From positions 34,713 to 98,712 of the forward strand of contig DASTVZ010000178.1 of NCBI GenBank assembly GCA_035758845.1: 64,000 nucleotides of DNA. Direction: 5' to 3'. The number at the start of each line of letters is the position of its first letter. Position 1 is the first letter of the stretch. Shown here piece by piece: positions 1 through 10,058 of this stretch. The notes under the pieces are model-generated. The model did not search any database, was not told the origin of the DNA, and saw nothing but the letters and a program-made list of their open reading frames with translations. Position numbers and translations under genes: made by a program. Origin of the DNA: Vicinamibacterales bacterium. Its GTDB lineage: Bacteria; Acidobacteriota; Vicinamibacteria; Vicinamibacterales; 2-12-FULL-66-21.

Positions 1-277
1 AGCGGCTCCGGAAGGAGTGCTGAGCGCCTGGTCGGAGACGACGGACCTCACGCGCGTGACATTCGTTGGCGATGGCGCCACCCGCCATGAAGAAACTCTG
101 CGGCGCCGCATCGGCCCGGACGTCGCGATCGTCAGGCCCCCGCCGGTTGCGGGCCTCATCGGTCAGATCGCCGCTGAAAACCCGTCGCGAGCAGTTCTGC
201 CGCACGCGATCGTTCCGATTTATGTCCGACGATCGGACGCGGAACTCGCACGCGCGCGACGCGCCGCGCTGCCATGA
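1..277 (+). CDS. tsaB: tRNA threonylcarbamoyladenosine biosynthesis protein TsaB (YeaZ-like), C-terminal part; 5' end outside window
   Basis: The C-terminal sequence (GLIGQIAAE...PIYVRRSDAE) resembles TsaB/YeaZ tails. ATGA stop/start overlap with rimI, a common tsaB-rimI arrangement. Confidence 0.55.
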   Translation, partial: AAPEGVLSAWSETTDLTRVTFVGDGATRHEETLRRRIGPDVAIVRPPPVAGLIGQIAAENPSRAVLPHAIVPIYVRRSDAELARARRAALP

Positions 278-771
278 CCTCGAGCGGTGCGCCTGACTAC
301 TCGATCACGCGCCTCCGCCCGGGCGACGCGCTCGACGATGTGGTCGCGCTCGAAGCCGCCTCGTTCAGCAACCCATGGTCACGCGACACGCTCGAGCGCG
401 ACCTTCGAAATACGGATGTCGTCCGCGTCTACGTCCTGCGCGATGCCGATGCACACGTGGTCGGATTCTGCGGCTGCTGGTTCGTCGCCGACGAATTGCA
501 CATCAACACGCTGGCAATTGCCGAGGAATTTCGCCGGCGCGGCCACGCCACACGGTTGCTGCGATTCGTACTCGCGGAAGCGGCCGCGGCCGGCATCACC
601 CGCGCCACGCTGGAAGTGCGCCGATCCAATGTCGCGGCCCTTCGACTCTACGGCCGGTTCGACTTCGAAGTCGGCGGGATCAGGCCGGATTACTACACCG
701 GGCCGGTTGAGGACGCCCTCGTCCTCTGGAGCCGGAAACTCGGCTTTTTGAATTTGAATACGGAACCTTGA
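274..771 (+). CDS. rimI: ribosomal-protein-alanine N-acetyltransferase RimI (GNAT)
   Basis: 165 aa. GNAT core (LHINTLAIAEEFRRRGHATRLL, ATLEVRRSNVAALRLYGRFDF) typical of RimI. Coupled to tsaB. Confidence 0.85.
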   Translation: MTSSGAPDYSITRLRPGDALDDVVALEAASFSNPWSRDTLERDLRNTDVVRVYVLRDADAHVVGFCGCWFVADELHINTLAIAEEFRRRGHATRLLRFVLAEAAAAGITRATLEVRRSNVAALRLYGRFDFEVGGIRPDYYTGPVEDALVLWSRKLGFLNLNTEP

Positions 772-842
772 AGCGTGCCGGCCCTTGTGATAGGTTGGTT
801 TTATGAATGTCTAGCCCTAACTTCATTCCCAGGAGGTCGGAA

Positions 843-1094
843 ATGCCAAACGACTTCGAAGAGCTGAAGCGTCAGTTGTTACAGAGCGACGACGAGTACC
901 GACAGTTAGCCAGCCGCCATCACGCCCTCGACGAACAGATTCACAACCTCAGCGATCGCCCCTATCTGACGCAGCCAGAACAGCTCGAAGAAGTCCGGTT
1001 GAAAAAGGTTAAGCTCCAAGTAAAAGACCAGATGGAAAATATTCTCCGCCGTCATCGGACGGACGGTGGTTCGCAGCACGCCGCGCATCGATGA
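843..1094 (+). CDS. DUF465 (YdcH-like) small coiled-coil protein
   Basis: The motif EELKRQLLQSDDEYRQLASRHHALDEQI...LEEVRLKKVKLQVKDQM matches the DUF465 pattern. I moved the start to ATG 843, which has AGGAGG 6 nt upstream. Confidence 0.7.
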   Translation: MPNDFEELKRQLLQSDDEYRQLASRHHALDEQIHNLSDRPYLTQPEQLEEVRLKKVKLQVKDQMENILRRHRTDGGSQHAAHR

Positions 1095-1218
1095 GACGCG
1101 CGGCCTGACGGCCGTTACAGCTCCCTTTTTCACCGAAGGGCCAGCAACCGGCGTAGCTCCGCTCACCGATTCCTGGCCCTCGTGACTTTCCGCCCGCTTC
1201 CGGGCATCATCACATTCA

Positions 1219-1857
1219 ATGAGAATCGATCGCGCGGGATTTCCGTTTATCGCGGCCGCCCTCGTGCCCGCTGCCTTCCTGGTTGCCGTGCGGCGCTACG
1301 CGCTTGCTGCACCGTTGGCGGCGCTCGGCGGTTTCATGGCGTACTTCTTCCGCGATCCGGAGCGACGTGTCCCACAGGATCCCGATCTGGTCGTGTCGCC
1401 GGCCGATGGACGCGTGATGATCGCCGGTCCGAGCGACGGCCGCTGGTCACCGCCCGGAACGTGGAAACAGGTGACGATTTTTCTCTCGCCGATGGACGTG
1501 CACATCAACCGCTCGCCGGTGGCCGGCCGAATCACCCGCGTCGATTACCGCCGAGGCAAATTCCTGCCCGCCTACGACGAACGATCCAACGACAATGAGT
1601 TGAACGAGGTCTGGGTTGACTACCACGGCCGTCCGGTCGTTTTTCGTCAGGTCGTGGGAATTCTCGCCCGCCGGATCGTCTGCCGCGTGCAGGAAGGGCA
1701 GGTGCTGGAACGCGGCGAGCGCGTGGGGCTCATGCGGTTCGGATCGCGAATGGACGTGTTCCTGCCCGAGGATGCCGTGCTCGATGTTCGCGTCGGCGAT
1801 CGGGTGATCGGCGGGGAAACGGTTCTCGCAACACTGGAGCCTGGCAGTGCTCGATAA
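1219..1857 (+). CDS. psd: phosphatidylserine decarboxylase proenzyme (short, archaetidylserine-decarboxylase-like type)
   Basis: 212 aa with FFRDPER, SPADGRV and the GSRMDV self-cleavage-type motif near the C-terminus. Overlaps pssA. Confidence 0.85.
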   Translation: MRIDRAGFPFIAAALVPAAFLVAVRRYALAAPLAALGGFMAYFFRDPERRVPQDPDLVVSPADGRVMIAGPSDGRWSPPGTWKQVTIFLSPMDVHINRSPVAGRITRVDYRRGKFLPAYDERSNDNELNEVWVDYHGRPVVFRQVVGILARRIVCRVQEGQVLERGERVGLMRFGSRMDVFLPEDAVLDVRVGDRVIGGETVLATLEPGSAR

Positions 1858-2668
1858 CACATCGCTCCGTCGGCGCCGACGTGAAGATCGTCCGAATCGT
1901 TTCCGCCGCGGCGTTTTCCTGCTGCCGTCTCTGTTTACTGTCGCGAACCTTTTCTGCGGTTACGCGTGCATCGTGTACTCGACGCGATCCGATTTCGACA
2001 CCGCTGCATTGTTCATTGGTATCGCGATGGTGCTGGATACGCTTGACGGCTTCTTCGCCCGCTTGACCAATTCATCGTCGGCATTTGGCGTCGAACTCGA
2101 TTCGCTGGCCGACGTCGTCTCGTTCGGCCTTGGGCCGGCGATCCTGGCATTTACGTGGGGACTCTGGCCACTCGAACGACTGGGATGGGCAGCCGGGTTT
2201 CTCTACGTCACGGCTGCGGCGATGCGGCTCGCGCGTTTCAACGTTCAGACGACGACGACCACGGCGTCAACCGACAAACGGTATTTCGTCGGCATGCCGA
2301 GTCCGGCTGCGGCCTCGGTGATTGCGTCGACGGTGTATCTCTACCCCTACGGGCTGCAGGAACGGGAAGCCGCGTTTCCCGCGCTCGCGATGGTACTCGT
2401 GCCGGCGTTCCTGATGGTCAGCACGATTCGCTTCCGCAGCGTCAAGGCGATCGACGTTGGTCACACGCGGTCCTACCTCTCTCTATTCCTCGCGGCAGTG
2501 GCCCTGGCGCTCGTCGCAACACATCCCCGTATCGCGCTCGTCGTGCTGTCCTACACCTACACTGCGGCGGCGCTCATCATGTGGGGATATTCGAAGCTGC
2601 GGCGAAGACCAACCGAGCAGGCGCCGGAAGATCATCCAGTTCCAGATTCGGGGGGGAATCCCTATTAG
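1847..2668 (+). CDS. pssA: CDP-diacylglycerol--serine O-phosphatidyltransferase
   Basis: CDP-alcohol phosphatidyltransferase motif (LDTLDGFFAR...ELDSLADVVSFG), a multi-TM protein. GTG start overlaps the psd stop. Confidence 0.85.
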   Translation: MLDNTSLRRRRREDRPNRFRRGVFLLPSLFTVANLFCGYACIVYSTRSDFDTAALFIGIAMVLDTLDGFFARLTNSSSAFGVELDSLADVVSFGLGPAILAFTWGLWPLERLGWAAGFLYVTAAAMRLARFNVQTTTTTASTDKRYFVGMPSPAAASVIASTVYLYPYGLQEREAAFPALAMVLVPAFLMVSTIRFRSVKAIDVGHTRSYLSLFLAAVALALVATHPRIALVVLSYTYTAAALIMWGYSKLRRRPTEQAPEDHPVPDSGGNPY

Positions 2669-2713
2669 TCACGTCGTTCACCGTCGAGCTGAGACGTACC
2701 CACGGTTTACGGT

Positions 2714-5700
2714 CTAAGCGACAGCAACCGGCAAGCGTACGCTGACGGTTGTCCCGCGTCCCTTGCCGCTCTCGACCTCAATCGTTCCGCCATTCAATTC
2801 AATATTGCGCCGTGCGATCGGAAGGCCGAGGCCGGTGCCGGTGGTCTTGGTGGAGAAGTACGGCTCGAAGACACGCGCGAGAGATTCTTCGTCCATGCCG
2901 ACGCCGTCGTCGTGAACGCGAAGCGTGACGAACTGACGATCGCTGGAAGCGTCGATCGTCAGCCGACCTTCACCAGGCATCGCATGGAGCGCATTTTCGA
3001 CGATGTTGGCCAGGCTTCGGGCGGTGAGCGTGCGATCGACGAACACGCGCGGAAGCGGTCCGGCAACGTTGTTGACGATCTCGATCCGGCCGCTGAGGCC
3101 GGTCCGATACGGATCGATGACGTCGGTTATCAGTTCGGGGACATCGACGGGTGCCGGTCGTGCCGTCGGTGACGACGCGAAGCTGGAGAACTCGGCAGAA
3201 ATCTGGCGCAGCAGCTTCACCTGGCTGAGAATCGAGTTCACACACCCTTCAAGCACGTCACCCATCGGCTCGCCGCGATCGGCATGGACGCGACGAAGAT
3301 GCTCGGCGGAGAGCTGAATCGGGGTCAGCGGATTCTTGATTTCGTGCGCGACCTGGCGCGCCATCTCCGCCCACGCCTCGAGACGATGGGTGCGCTCCAG
3401 CTGCGCCCGCTGCGCCTTGAGCTCGCCAGCCATGCTGTTGAAGGCATCGACCAGGCGACGCAACTCGTCTGACGACCGCACGGCGATCTGTGCATCAAAG
3501 TCGCCGCGTGCGATCTGGCGCGTCGCGCGCGTGAGCCGCCGGATCGGATCAGCAATGCGCTCGGCCATTGAGAGCCCAATCGCCGCTCCGAGCAGCACAA
3601 AGAGCAGCGCCGCGAGGTGGACGCCGCGATCGAGGTCGTCGATCTCGCGATCGATATCCCGCTGTCGCGTCGCGAGGGGAACCGTCAAAATGACTTTCTT
3701 GCCACCGGCATGCACCGGTGCGGCGGCGATAGTGTAGGGAACCGTGCCGATTCGATCCTCGCCAACGAAGCTGGGCAGCCGTTGCAGCGCGATCGCGCGA
3801 TAGACCGCATCAGGCGTGCGCGTCGCGAGCAGACCCGACGCAAACAGATCACGCTTGCTCGTCGCCACGAGCTGAGCGCCTTCAAAAATGTTGACGTCCT
3901 GATCGATCACCTGGCTGATCCAGATCATCACGTCGTCGCTCGCCGGCGCCAGGCCTTCCGTCCGTTGCGTCAGCGCGTTGGACTGCTCGATGACCCGCTG
4001 CGCGACGGCAGCGGTACGTGCGGCCTCGAGTGCGACGTCAGCGGTCAGAAGATTGGCGAAGTACCAACGGATGGCGACCGAGAGAATCAACACCGGGATG
4101 ATTGCCGCGAGTACGAACGCAAGGAAGAGCTTTCGATAGAAGCTCGATCGAATCTCCCGAAGCAATGCGCGCCCCAGCCGAGGACGGGCACGGGCCAATC
4201 GCGTGAAGAACGCGGTGCCGACGAGCACGAGCACGTAGAAAACACCGGACAGCGTCGTCAACTCGGCCAGATGGACGAGGTGATCGAAGAGCGTCAGCGT
4301 GCGATAGCCGATCGCGTAAATGAACACGCGATCGTTCGAGAAGAACACGCGATAGCGGTCGCCGTTGGTTTGGACCGTCGTCCAGAACGGCCGCCGCGCC
4401 GGATCGTAAATCCGTGCAAACAGATCATCGTCGATCGACCACGCCGCGTGTGGGGAGTTGTAAACGGCACCGAGGCCCCAACCGTAGATCGCGACTTCCA
4501 CCTCGCTCCCGGCAACGTCGTCGAGCCCGGTGCCAGCATCTGCCGGTCGGAAGACCTCGAAGTAGGGACTCTGCGAGGTGATGAACGGAAGCGTGCGGTA
4601 GTCGAACACCAGCACATGAACGACGATTGTGCCAACGACGCGCCGTGGTTCGTCGCCAGAGGGCATCGTGCAAATCTGTCGCGCCGCATGCAGCAATCGT
4701 CGCTCGGCGGCGCCGAATGGGGCCGCCTCGCCGAAGACGTCCCAGTCGCACGGCTTGCCCTCGATGTGCGGCGCCTGAGCGGTTCCGGAATATTCCGGCA
4801 GATCGAGTCCGAACCGGCTGACACATTCGCCAGCCGCATCGTAGAGTTCGACCGCGGAGGTCAGGCGGGCGCGCCCAAGCGCGGTTCGACTCCACACGAA
4901 ATAGGCGGGCTGTGTTCGCTCACACGGCTTCGGCTCGATCGGCTGTTCGGTCACCAGCACGGGAAGCGATTCGAGCGCGTCGATTTCAGCGCGAGCTTCG
5001 CTGAGTCTCTCCTGTAAGAACTGCGAATACTGCTGCGCCTGCGTCGCATAGCGGGACTCGACGAGCGCGCGCATGGCGCGTTCGGCGTAGTAGTCGACCG
5101 ACGGGTACAGAAGCAGCGCGGGCAGGAGGAACGCGGCGAACAACGCGAGGATTCGCGCCGCAACGGTCGTATGGCGATACCAGACCACGACGCGCGACGC
5201 GATGAGCGCCGCGACGGCGCAGGTGAAAGCCGACAGGATCAGAGCGACCGACGGCAGTGACCATCCGCGGACCGGCGCCATGAGCCCGATCGCGACTGAC
5301 GGCCCCAGCCAAAGCAGAAGCACCTGAATCCGCGAACGCGCCGCGGTGCTCAGACGCCAGCGCGCGAGCGCCGCGCTCAAAATAAGCGTCGCCGTCCATA
5401 AAGCTGCAGCATGGGACGCGAGGACTCCCGTCAGCAGCGCCAATCGCTTCGCATTCCAGGGATACAGCGAGAACCGGCGCAGATCGGCGGTCACTGGGTC
5501 GACCACGCGGGGGAGAAGCAGTTCGAACACCAAGAGAACCGCCGCCACGGCAATCCCGGCCAGCAGCTGACGACTGATAAAGCCGACAGCTGCGCCCTCG
5601 ACGTTTTGTCGCCGCGCGCGCAGGGCAATCCGCAGCCGAACGACGGGCCCGGCCAGGAGCGCGATCGCCGCGGCCGTTGTCGCGCCCGCGGTCAGCACCA

Positions 5701-6685
5701 GCACGCTCGGTGGCGGACGACGGCCAAGCTCAATCGCGAGTGCGACGCCGATCACCGCCGAGCCGGCGGCGAGGAGCAGGAGGCTCAGCGCCGTCGATCG
5801 CAGGAAGTCTCGCGCCGTTGTCGCTTGCGCGCGCCGATCGAGTACCGGACCGAGCACCAGGAGGATCGTGATCCCGGCGATCCACAGCAGCGCGGCGGCG
5901 ACATGGCGCCGCCAGGTACGGCGTGCGGTGTCGAGCGTATCCGGCAGGAGCGAGACCTCGACAAGCGTTTCGCCACCTGGCGATCGGAGCAGAAATGCAT
6001 TCTCTCGCGGCCGGTCGCCGGCACCTTCCGCGCGCGTTCTCAGCGACCCGGGTCCAACCGGCGTATCGAGGACGTAGCCGGTGGCGGTAAACGTCGCCGT
6101 CGCCGACGCGCGCGAGAGGGCGTGCTCGGCGACCACCGAGCCCAGGCGGCGCTGATCTGCCTCGAGGATGGGCAGGACGTGGACGAGGCGAAGTCCCAGC
6201 GGCGTGGGCGCGACGTAGAACGCGGACGGACCGGTCAACCGCGCCGACACACCCACGTCGGACGGGCGGCCTACCCACGCCAGGGCGACGCCGGCGCGAT
6301 CGTAAATCGTGACCGCAATTGCGTCGGGCGAGGCGGCAGCGTCTGACAAACGGCGGTCGAGCAGATTGAACAAATCGCGGGCCGCGTCAGGCCCGCCTGA
6401 CAGCGCGCGAGCGGCGTCAGGATCCATCGCCACGCCGACCGCGACCCGCGAAAGCGCGGTCGTCGTGCGCTCGAAATCCCGCCGGACCTGCTGCTCGACT
6501 CGTGTCTGAGTGGCGCCTCGAGTGAGGCCAAAGCGCCAAATCTCGATGAACGCGCCGGAAATCGCCGCGATGAGCGCGATCGCCAAGCCACCGAGGATCA
6601 GGCGTTTCGCGCTAATCCGCTGCTCGCGGAGACTCGGCTTTAGCGATGAGGACACTGAAGCAGCAGAATACCGCAAAGGGTACAA
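2714..6685 (-). CDS. very large membrane sensor histidine kinase, NtrY-like (HAMP-HisKA-HATPase C-terminus)
   Basis: H-box HEIKNPLTPIQLSAEHL and G-box GTGLGLPIARRNIELNGG. A HAMP-like segment sits after the last TM. The N-terminal sensor part of about 1000 aa has many hydrophobic segments. The TTG start at 6685 is only 12 nt from the divergent gene, so the true start may be internal (for example GTG at 6655). Confidence 0.85.
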   Translation of the reverse strand: MYPLRYSAASVSSSLKPSLREQRISAKRLILGGLAIALIAAISGAFIEIWRFGLTRGATQTRVEQQVRRDFERTTTALSRVAVGVAMDPDAARALSGGPDAARDLFNLLDRRLSDAAASPDAIAVTIYDRAGVALAWVGRPSDVGVSARLTGPSAFYVAPTPLGLRLVHVLPILEADQRRLGSVVAEHALSRASATATFTATGYVLDTPVGPGSLRTRAEGAGDRPRENAFLLRSPGGETLVEVSLLPDTLDTARRTWRRHVAAALLWIAGITILLVLGPVLDRRAQATTARDFLRSTALSLLLLAAGSAVIGVALAIELGRRPPPSVLVLTAGATTAAAIALLAGPVVRLRIALRARRQNVEGAAVGFISRQLLAGIAVAAVLLVFELLLPRVVDPVTADLRRFSLYPWNAKRLALLTGVLASHAAALWTATLILSAALARWRLSTAARSRIQVLLLWLGPSVAIGLMAPVRGWSLPSVALILSAFTCAVAALIASRVVVWYRHTTVAARILALFAAFLLPALLLYPSVDYYAERAMRALVESRYATQAQQYSQFLQERLSEARAEIDALESLPVLVTEQPIEPKPCERTQPAYFVWSRTALGRARLTSAVELYDAAGECVSRFGLDLPEYSGTAQAPHIEGKPCDWDVFGEAAPFGAAERRLLHAARQICTMPSGDEPRRVVGTIVVHVLVFDYRTLPFITSQSPYFEVFRPADAGTGLDDVAGSEVEVAIYGWGLGAVYNSPHAAWSIDDDLFARIYDPARRPFWTTVQTNGDRYRVFFSNDRVFIYAIGYRTLTLFDHLVHLAELTTLSGVFYVLVLVGTAFFTRLARARPRLGRALLREIRSSFYRKLFLAFVLAAIIPVLILSVAIRWYFANLLTADVALEAARTAAVAQRVIEQSNALTQRTEGLAPASDDVMIWISQVIDQDVNIFEGAQLVATSKRDLFASGLLATRTPDAVYRAIALQRLPSFVGEDRIGTVPYTIAAAPVHAGGKKVILTVPLATRQRDIDREIDDLDRGVHLAALLFVLLGAAIGLSMAERIADPIRRLTRATRQIARGDFDAQIAVRSSDELRRLVDAFNSMAGELKAQRAQLERTHRLEAWAEMARQVAHEIKNPLTPIQLSAEHLRRVHADRGEPMGDVLEGCVNSILSQVKLLRQISAEFSSFASSPTARPAPVDVPELITDVIDPYRTGLSGRIEIVNNVAGPLPRVFVDRTLTARSLANIVENALHAMPGEGRLTIDASSDRQFVTLRVHDDGVGMDEESLARVFEPYFSTKTTGTGLGLPIARRNIELNGGTIEVESGKGRGTTVSVRLPVAVA

Positions 6686-6697
6686 TCAATTAGTTCG

Positions 6698-7720
6698 ATG
6701 CCGCACCCTCCCGCCCTGAAGGCTTCACTCAAGCGGGGCGCCTTCATCGCCGCCGCCAACTGGCCGCTCATTGCCGTGCAGTTCATTGCCGGAGGCACGC
6801 AACAGCTTCTGCTGGCGGTGCCAGTCGTCGGCGGAGTTGCCATGGTGGTGCTGCTGCTCGGGGCGAATGTCGAAGACGTGATGGGCAACGACATGAAGGG
6901 AACCATCCCGCACGTCATCGCGGCACTTCGCGCGAATCCGGTGGCACTCGGGTTGTTTGCCGCCGCCTTCCTCGTCGTTCTTCTCGGAGCCTCGGTGCTG
7001 ACCTTCATTGTCAAAGCCGGAACCGTGTCGATTCTCGCCGCCGCCGAGTCACAGGCCGGACCAATCGAACGACCTCCGCTTCGCCTGGCGGCGCTTCGTC
7101 GCGCAAACCTCACGAACATCGAACCGTTTCTCGAGGGCTGTCGAAACTTAGGACGACGGTACGTCAGGCTCGGACTGTGTCTGCTGCTGGTCTACGGCCT
7201 GACCGCGGCTGCCTGTCTCGGGTTTCTCGCCGGCGGCTACGGGCTTTCGGACAACTTCGGCGTGTTCCTGGGTTGGACCGTTGCTGCGATTCCGGCGCTC
7301 AGCGCGCTGGTTATGTGGATTACTCTCGTCAACTTCTTTTATCTCCTGACCCAGATGGCGATCGCGGTGGAGAACGTCGGCGTTCGCGAGGGAACACGCA
7401 AAGTCGCGCAGTTCATTCGCGCGAGCATTCGCGAAGTCGCTGGGATTTTCGGGGTCGTGCTCCTGCTCGTCGCCATCATGACGGGTGCGTCGATCCTGGC
7501 GACCGCGGGTCTCGGTCTCATCGCGGTGGTGCCATTCGTGGGTCTCGCCATGGTCCCCTTGCAGCTTGGCGCGTGGCTGCTTCGGGGCGTCGTCTTCGAG
7601 TATCTCGGACTGACCGCGCTTGGCGCCTACCTGACTCAATATAGGTTTTACCAGCACAGCCTCGTCACGGTTCACGTGCCCGAGCCAGCAACCGATGTCA
7701 CGGGGCCACGTCTCGCATGA
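6698..7720 (+). CDS. hypothetical polytopic membrane protein
   Basis: 340 aa with several long hydrophobic segments and codon usage like its neighbours. ATGA overlap with the downstream aminotransferase. I recognise no family. Confidence 0.5.
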   Translation: MPHPPALKASLKRGAFIAAANWPLIAVQFIAGGTQQLLLAVPVVGGVAMVVLLLGANVEDVMGNDMKGTIPHVIAALRANPVALGLFAAAFLVVLLGASVLTFIVKAGTVSILAAAESQAGPIERPPLRLAALRRANLTNIEPFLEGCRNLGRRYVRLGLCLLLVYGLTAAACLGFLAGGYGLSDNFGVFLGWTVAAIPALSALVMWITLVNFFYLLTQMAIAVENVGVREGTRKVAQFIRASIREVAGIFGVVLLLVAIMTGASILATAGLGLIAVVPFVGLAMVPLQLGAWLLRGVVFEYLGLTALGAYLTQYRFYQHSLVTVHVPEPATDVTGPRLA

Positions 7721-8982
7721 TCAACTACAACGACTTTCTTTCACAGGCTGCGTCGGGGATGCAGGAATCCGCCATCCGGCGCATGGGCACAATCCTGGCG
7801 CAGAACCGGGACCTGATTTCGTTTGCTCCCGGGTATCCGGCTCCGGAAACGTTTCCGTGGTCCGAGTTCTCGGACATCGCGCATGAACTCTTATCGGGCT
7901 CCCATCCGAACGCGCTCCAGTACGGCGCGACTCGCGGATTCCGACCGTTGCTGGAAATGATCACGACGATCATGGCCAAGCGGGGCGCTCCGACCGAGAT
8001 GAGCCGGCTGCTCATCACGACCGGATCGCAGCAGGGTCTCGATCTGGTCGCGCGCGTCCTCCTCGATCCCGGTGACGTCGCCCTCGTGGAACTGCCGGCG
8101 TACACCGGTGCAATCACCGCGTTTCGGAATGTCCGCGCGCACATGGAGGGTGTTCCACAGGAGGACGACGGCATCGACCTGGCGGCGCTCGACGAAACGC
8201 ATCAGCGCCTGCTGAAAAGCAATCGCCGCGTACGATTCGTGTATGTCGTTCCGAACTTTCAAAATCCCACCGGCATGCTGATGAGCCTGCGCAAGCGGCA
8301 GCAACTGCTCGAGTGGGGCTCGTCGCGGAATGTGCTGATCGTGGAAGACGACCCGTATCGTGAGCTGTACTTCGAAGACTCCGCGAGCGAGGCTGACGTT
8401 CGACCGATCAAGGCCGACGATCGCGAAGGACGGGTCATTTACCTCAGCAGCTTCTCGAAAACGCTCGCGCCTGGCTTCCGCGTCGCGTGGATCGACGCCC
8501 CAGCTCCGATCGCGGTGAAGATCGAAATGGCCAAACAGGCCGGCGATCTCTGCACCGGCGTGTTCGATCAACGCGTCGTTCACGAATGCGGACGACGGGG
8601 AATCCTCGAGCGGCAAGTGCCGCTGCTTCGGCGGCATTACGCTGAGAAGCGCGATGTGATGGTCGCAGCATTCCGGAAAGAGCCTGATACCGCGCTCACG
8701 TGGGCGGATCCGCGCGGTGGTTTCTTCCTCTGGGCGACGCTGCCGCGCGAGCTGAACGCGGACCGCCTGCTCGATCGGGCGGTGAAGCATGGCGTCGTCT
8801 ATGTCGCGGGAAGTGCGTTCTTCGTGAACGACGGCGGCGCAAGTCAGATTCGACTGTCATTTTCCGCGCCGGCCCACGAGCACATTCGCGAGGGCGTTCG
8901 TCGTCTTGCCGAAGCTATTCGCGAGGAGCTGCAGGAGCGGACACAGGCGGACCGGCCAGCACGAGCTTCCACTGGCCGTTGA
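7717..8982 (+). CDS. PLP-dependent aminotransferase, class I/II (2-aminoadipate/aromatic aminotransferase-like)
   Basis: 421 aa with the SFSKTLAPGFRVAW PLP-lysine motif and YVVPNFQNPTG, typical of the LysN/AruH-like fold-type I family. Confidence 0.8.
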   Translation: MINYNDFLSQAASGMQESAIRRMGTILAQNRDLISFAPGYPAPETFPWSEFSDIAHELLSGSHPNALQYGATRGFRPLLEMITTIMAKRGAPTEMSRLLITTGSQQGLDLVARVLLDPGDVALVELPAYTGAITAFRNVRAHMEGVPQEDDGIDLAALDETHQRLLKSNRRVRFVYVVPNFQNPTGMLMSLRKRQQLLEWGSSRNVLIVEDDPYRELYFEDSASEADVRPIKADDREGRVIYLSSFSKTLAPGFRVAWIDAPAPIAVKIEMAKQAGDLCTGVFDQRVVHECGRRGILERQVPLLRRHYAEKRDVMVAAFRKEPDTALTWADPRGGFFLWATLPRELNADRLLDRAVKHGVVYVAGSAFFVNDGGASQIRLSFSAPAHEHIREGVRRLAEAIREELQERTQADRPARASTGR

Positions 8983-9991
8983 GCGAACCGGTAAAAGCAG
9001 ACATCAGCGTCGAGTCGCCCGATTTCCCGAATGCGGGCGGCATGACGAGCGACTCCTCGAGCTTGATTTCACCTGCGGGACGGCCGGTCCCCGCGTCGAA
9101 GGCTCGCAGTTCGGAGGCATTGCCGGCGACCACGACCGCCGAGTCGACGAGCACGGGACCTGTCGTCGGACGAAACGGCACGCTCGGATGCCACAACAAC
9201 GCGCCGTTGGTTCGCCGATAGGCACGAAGCGTGTTATCCATGGACGCGACGTAGATGTGGTTGTCGTCGGCAATGGCTCGGCCTCGCAGCACCGAACCAA
9301 GCCGCACGCGCTGCCACACACGCGCACCGTCGGCGGCGCGCAGGCAGAAGAACCATTTGTCGTCGGTTCCGAAAAAAATCTCACCTGGAAGCGCGAGCAC
9401 TTCGCTCAACGGGCCGACGAAATTTTTCGCCCAGCGATCCGCTCCGGTCTTGAGATCGAGCGCCAGGAGTCGTCCGCTCTGGAGCGGGACGTAGAGGTTG
9501 TCGCCTTCAACTGTCGGCATCGCGCGCGCGCCGACAAGATCGCGAGTCCACACGCGACTGCCGTCGGCCGATCGAAAGGCGGTCACCCCATTTTCTGTTG
9601 TGGCAATCACCCAACCACCTTGCGCGACGAGCGGCACTGTCGCCGTGGGGGTCTGAGCACTCCACACTTTCACGCCGTCGGTTGCGTTCAGCGCGACGAT
9701 TTGATCGGAAGTCGCGACGTACGCGCGGCCGCCTTCGACAGCGACCGGTTGTTCCGATTGCAGGGGCACTTCCCATGCCGGCGTTCCATCGCTGACTTTG
9801 CGTGCGGAGATCACACCGGGCTGCAGCACGATAAATATCTGGTCGCTGTCGATGACCGGCGGCGCGGCAGGGCTGGCAGAAATTTCAACCGACCAACGGA
9901 TCGTGGTTGGCAGAGAATGCGTCGCCGCGGGGGGCGTGGTGCCGACGATCTGCGCGGCGACGAGAAGAAGTGTGGTGCGAAGCGGGTGCAC
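8915..9991 (-). CDS. secreted PQQ-like beta-propeller repeat protein (BamB-like fold)
   Basis: N-terminal signal peptide (MHPLRTTLLLVAAQIV). Repeated G..W/DG..vW blades (ADGSRVW, TDGVKVW, ADGARVW, TNGALLW). Confidence 0.7.
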   Translation of the reverse strand: MHPLRTTLLLVAAQIVGTTPPAATHSLPTTIRWSVEISASPAAPPVIDSDQIFIVLQPGVISARKVSDGTPAWEVPLQSEQPVAVEGGRAYVATSDQIVALNATDGVKVWSAQTPTATVPLVAQGGWVIATTENGVTAFRSADGSRVWTRDLVGARAMPTVEGDNLYVPLQSGRLLALDLKTGADRWAKNFVGPLSEVLALPGEIFFGTDDKWFFCLRAADGARVWQRVRLGSVLRGRAIADDNHIYVASMDNTLRAYRRTNGALLWHPSVPFRPTTGPVLVDSAVVVAGNASELRAFDAGTGRPAGEIKLEESLVMPPAFGKSGDSTLMSAFTGSLNGQWKLVLAGPPVSAPAAPRE

Positions 9992-10058
9992 GTCTTATAA
10001 TAGTGTGCCTGACACACCTTGACGCCTGCGTTGCTTCATTCCTCCGTCGGGCCGCTCG

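Noticed and set aside
3617-5017. 466-aa ORF on the + strand inside the histidine kinase gene
   Set aside because: It is antisense to a gene with clear HisKA/HATPase homology. Its translation is Arg/Asp/Gly-rich with no recognisable motifs. Long stop-free antisense frames are expected at this GC content.
8906-10000. 364-aa + strand ORF mirroring the beta-propeller gene
   Set aside because: The - strand product has a signal peptide and regular propeller repeats. The + strand product is Arg-rich with no pattern, so I treated it as a shadow ORF.
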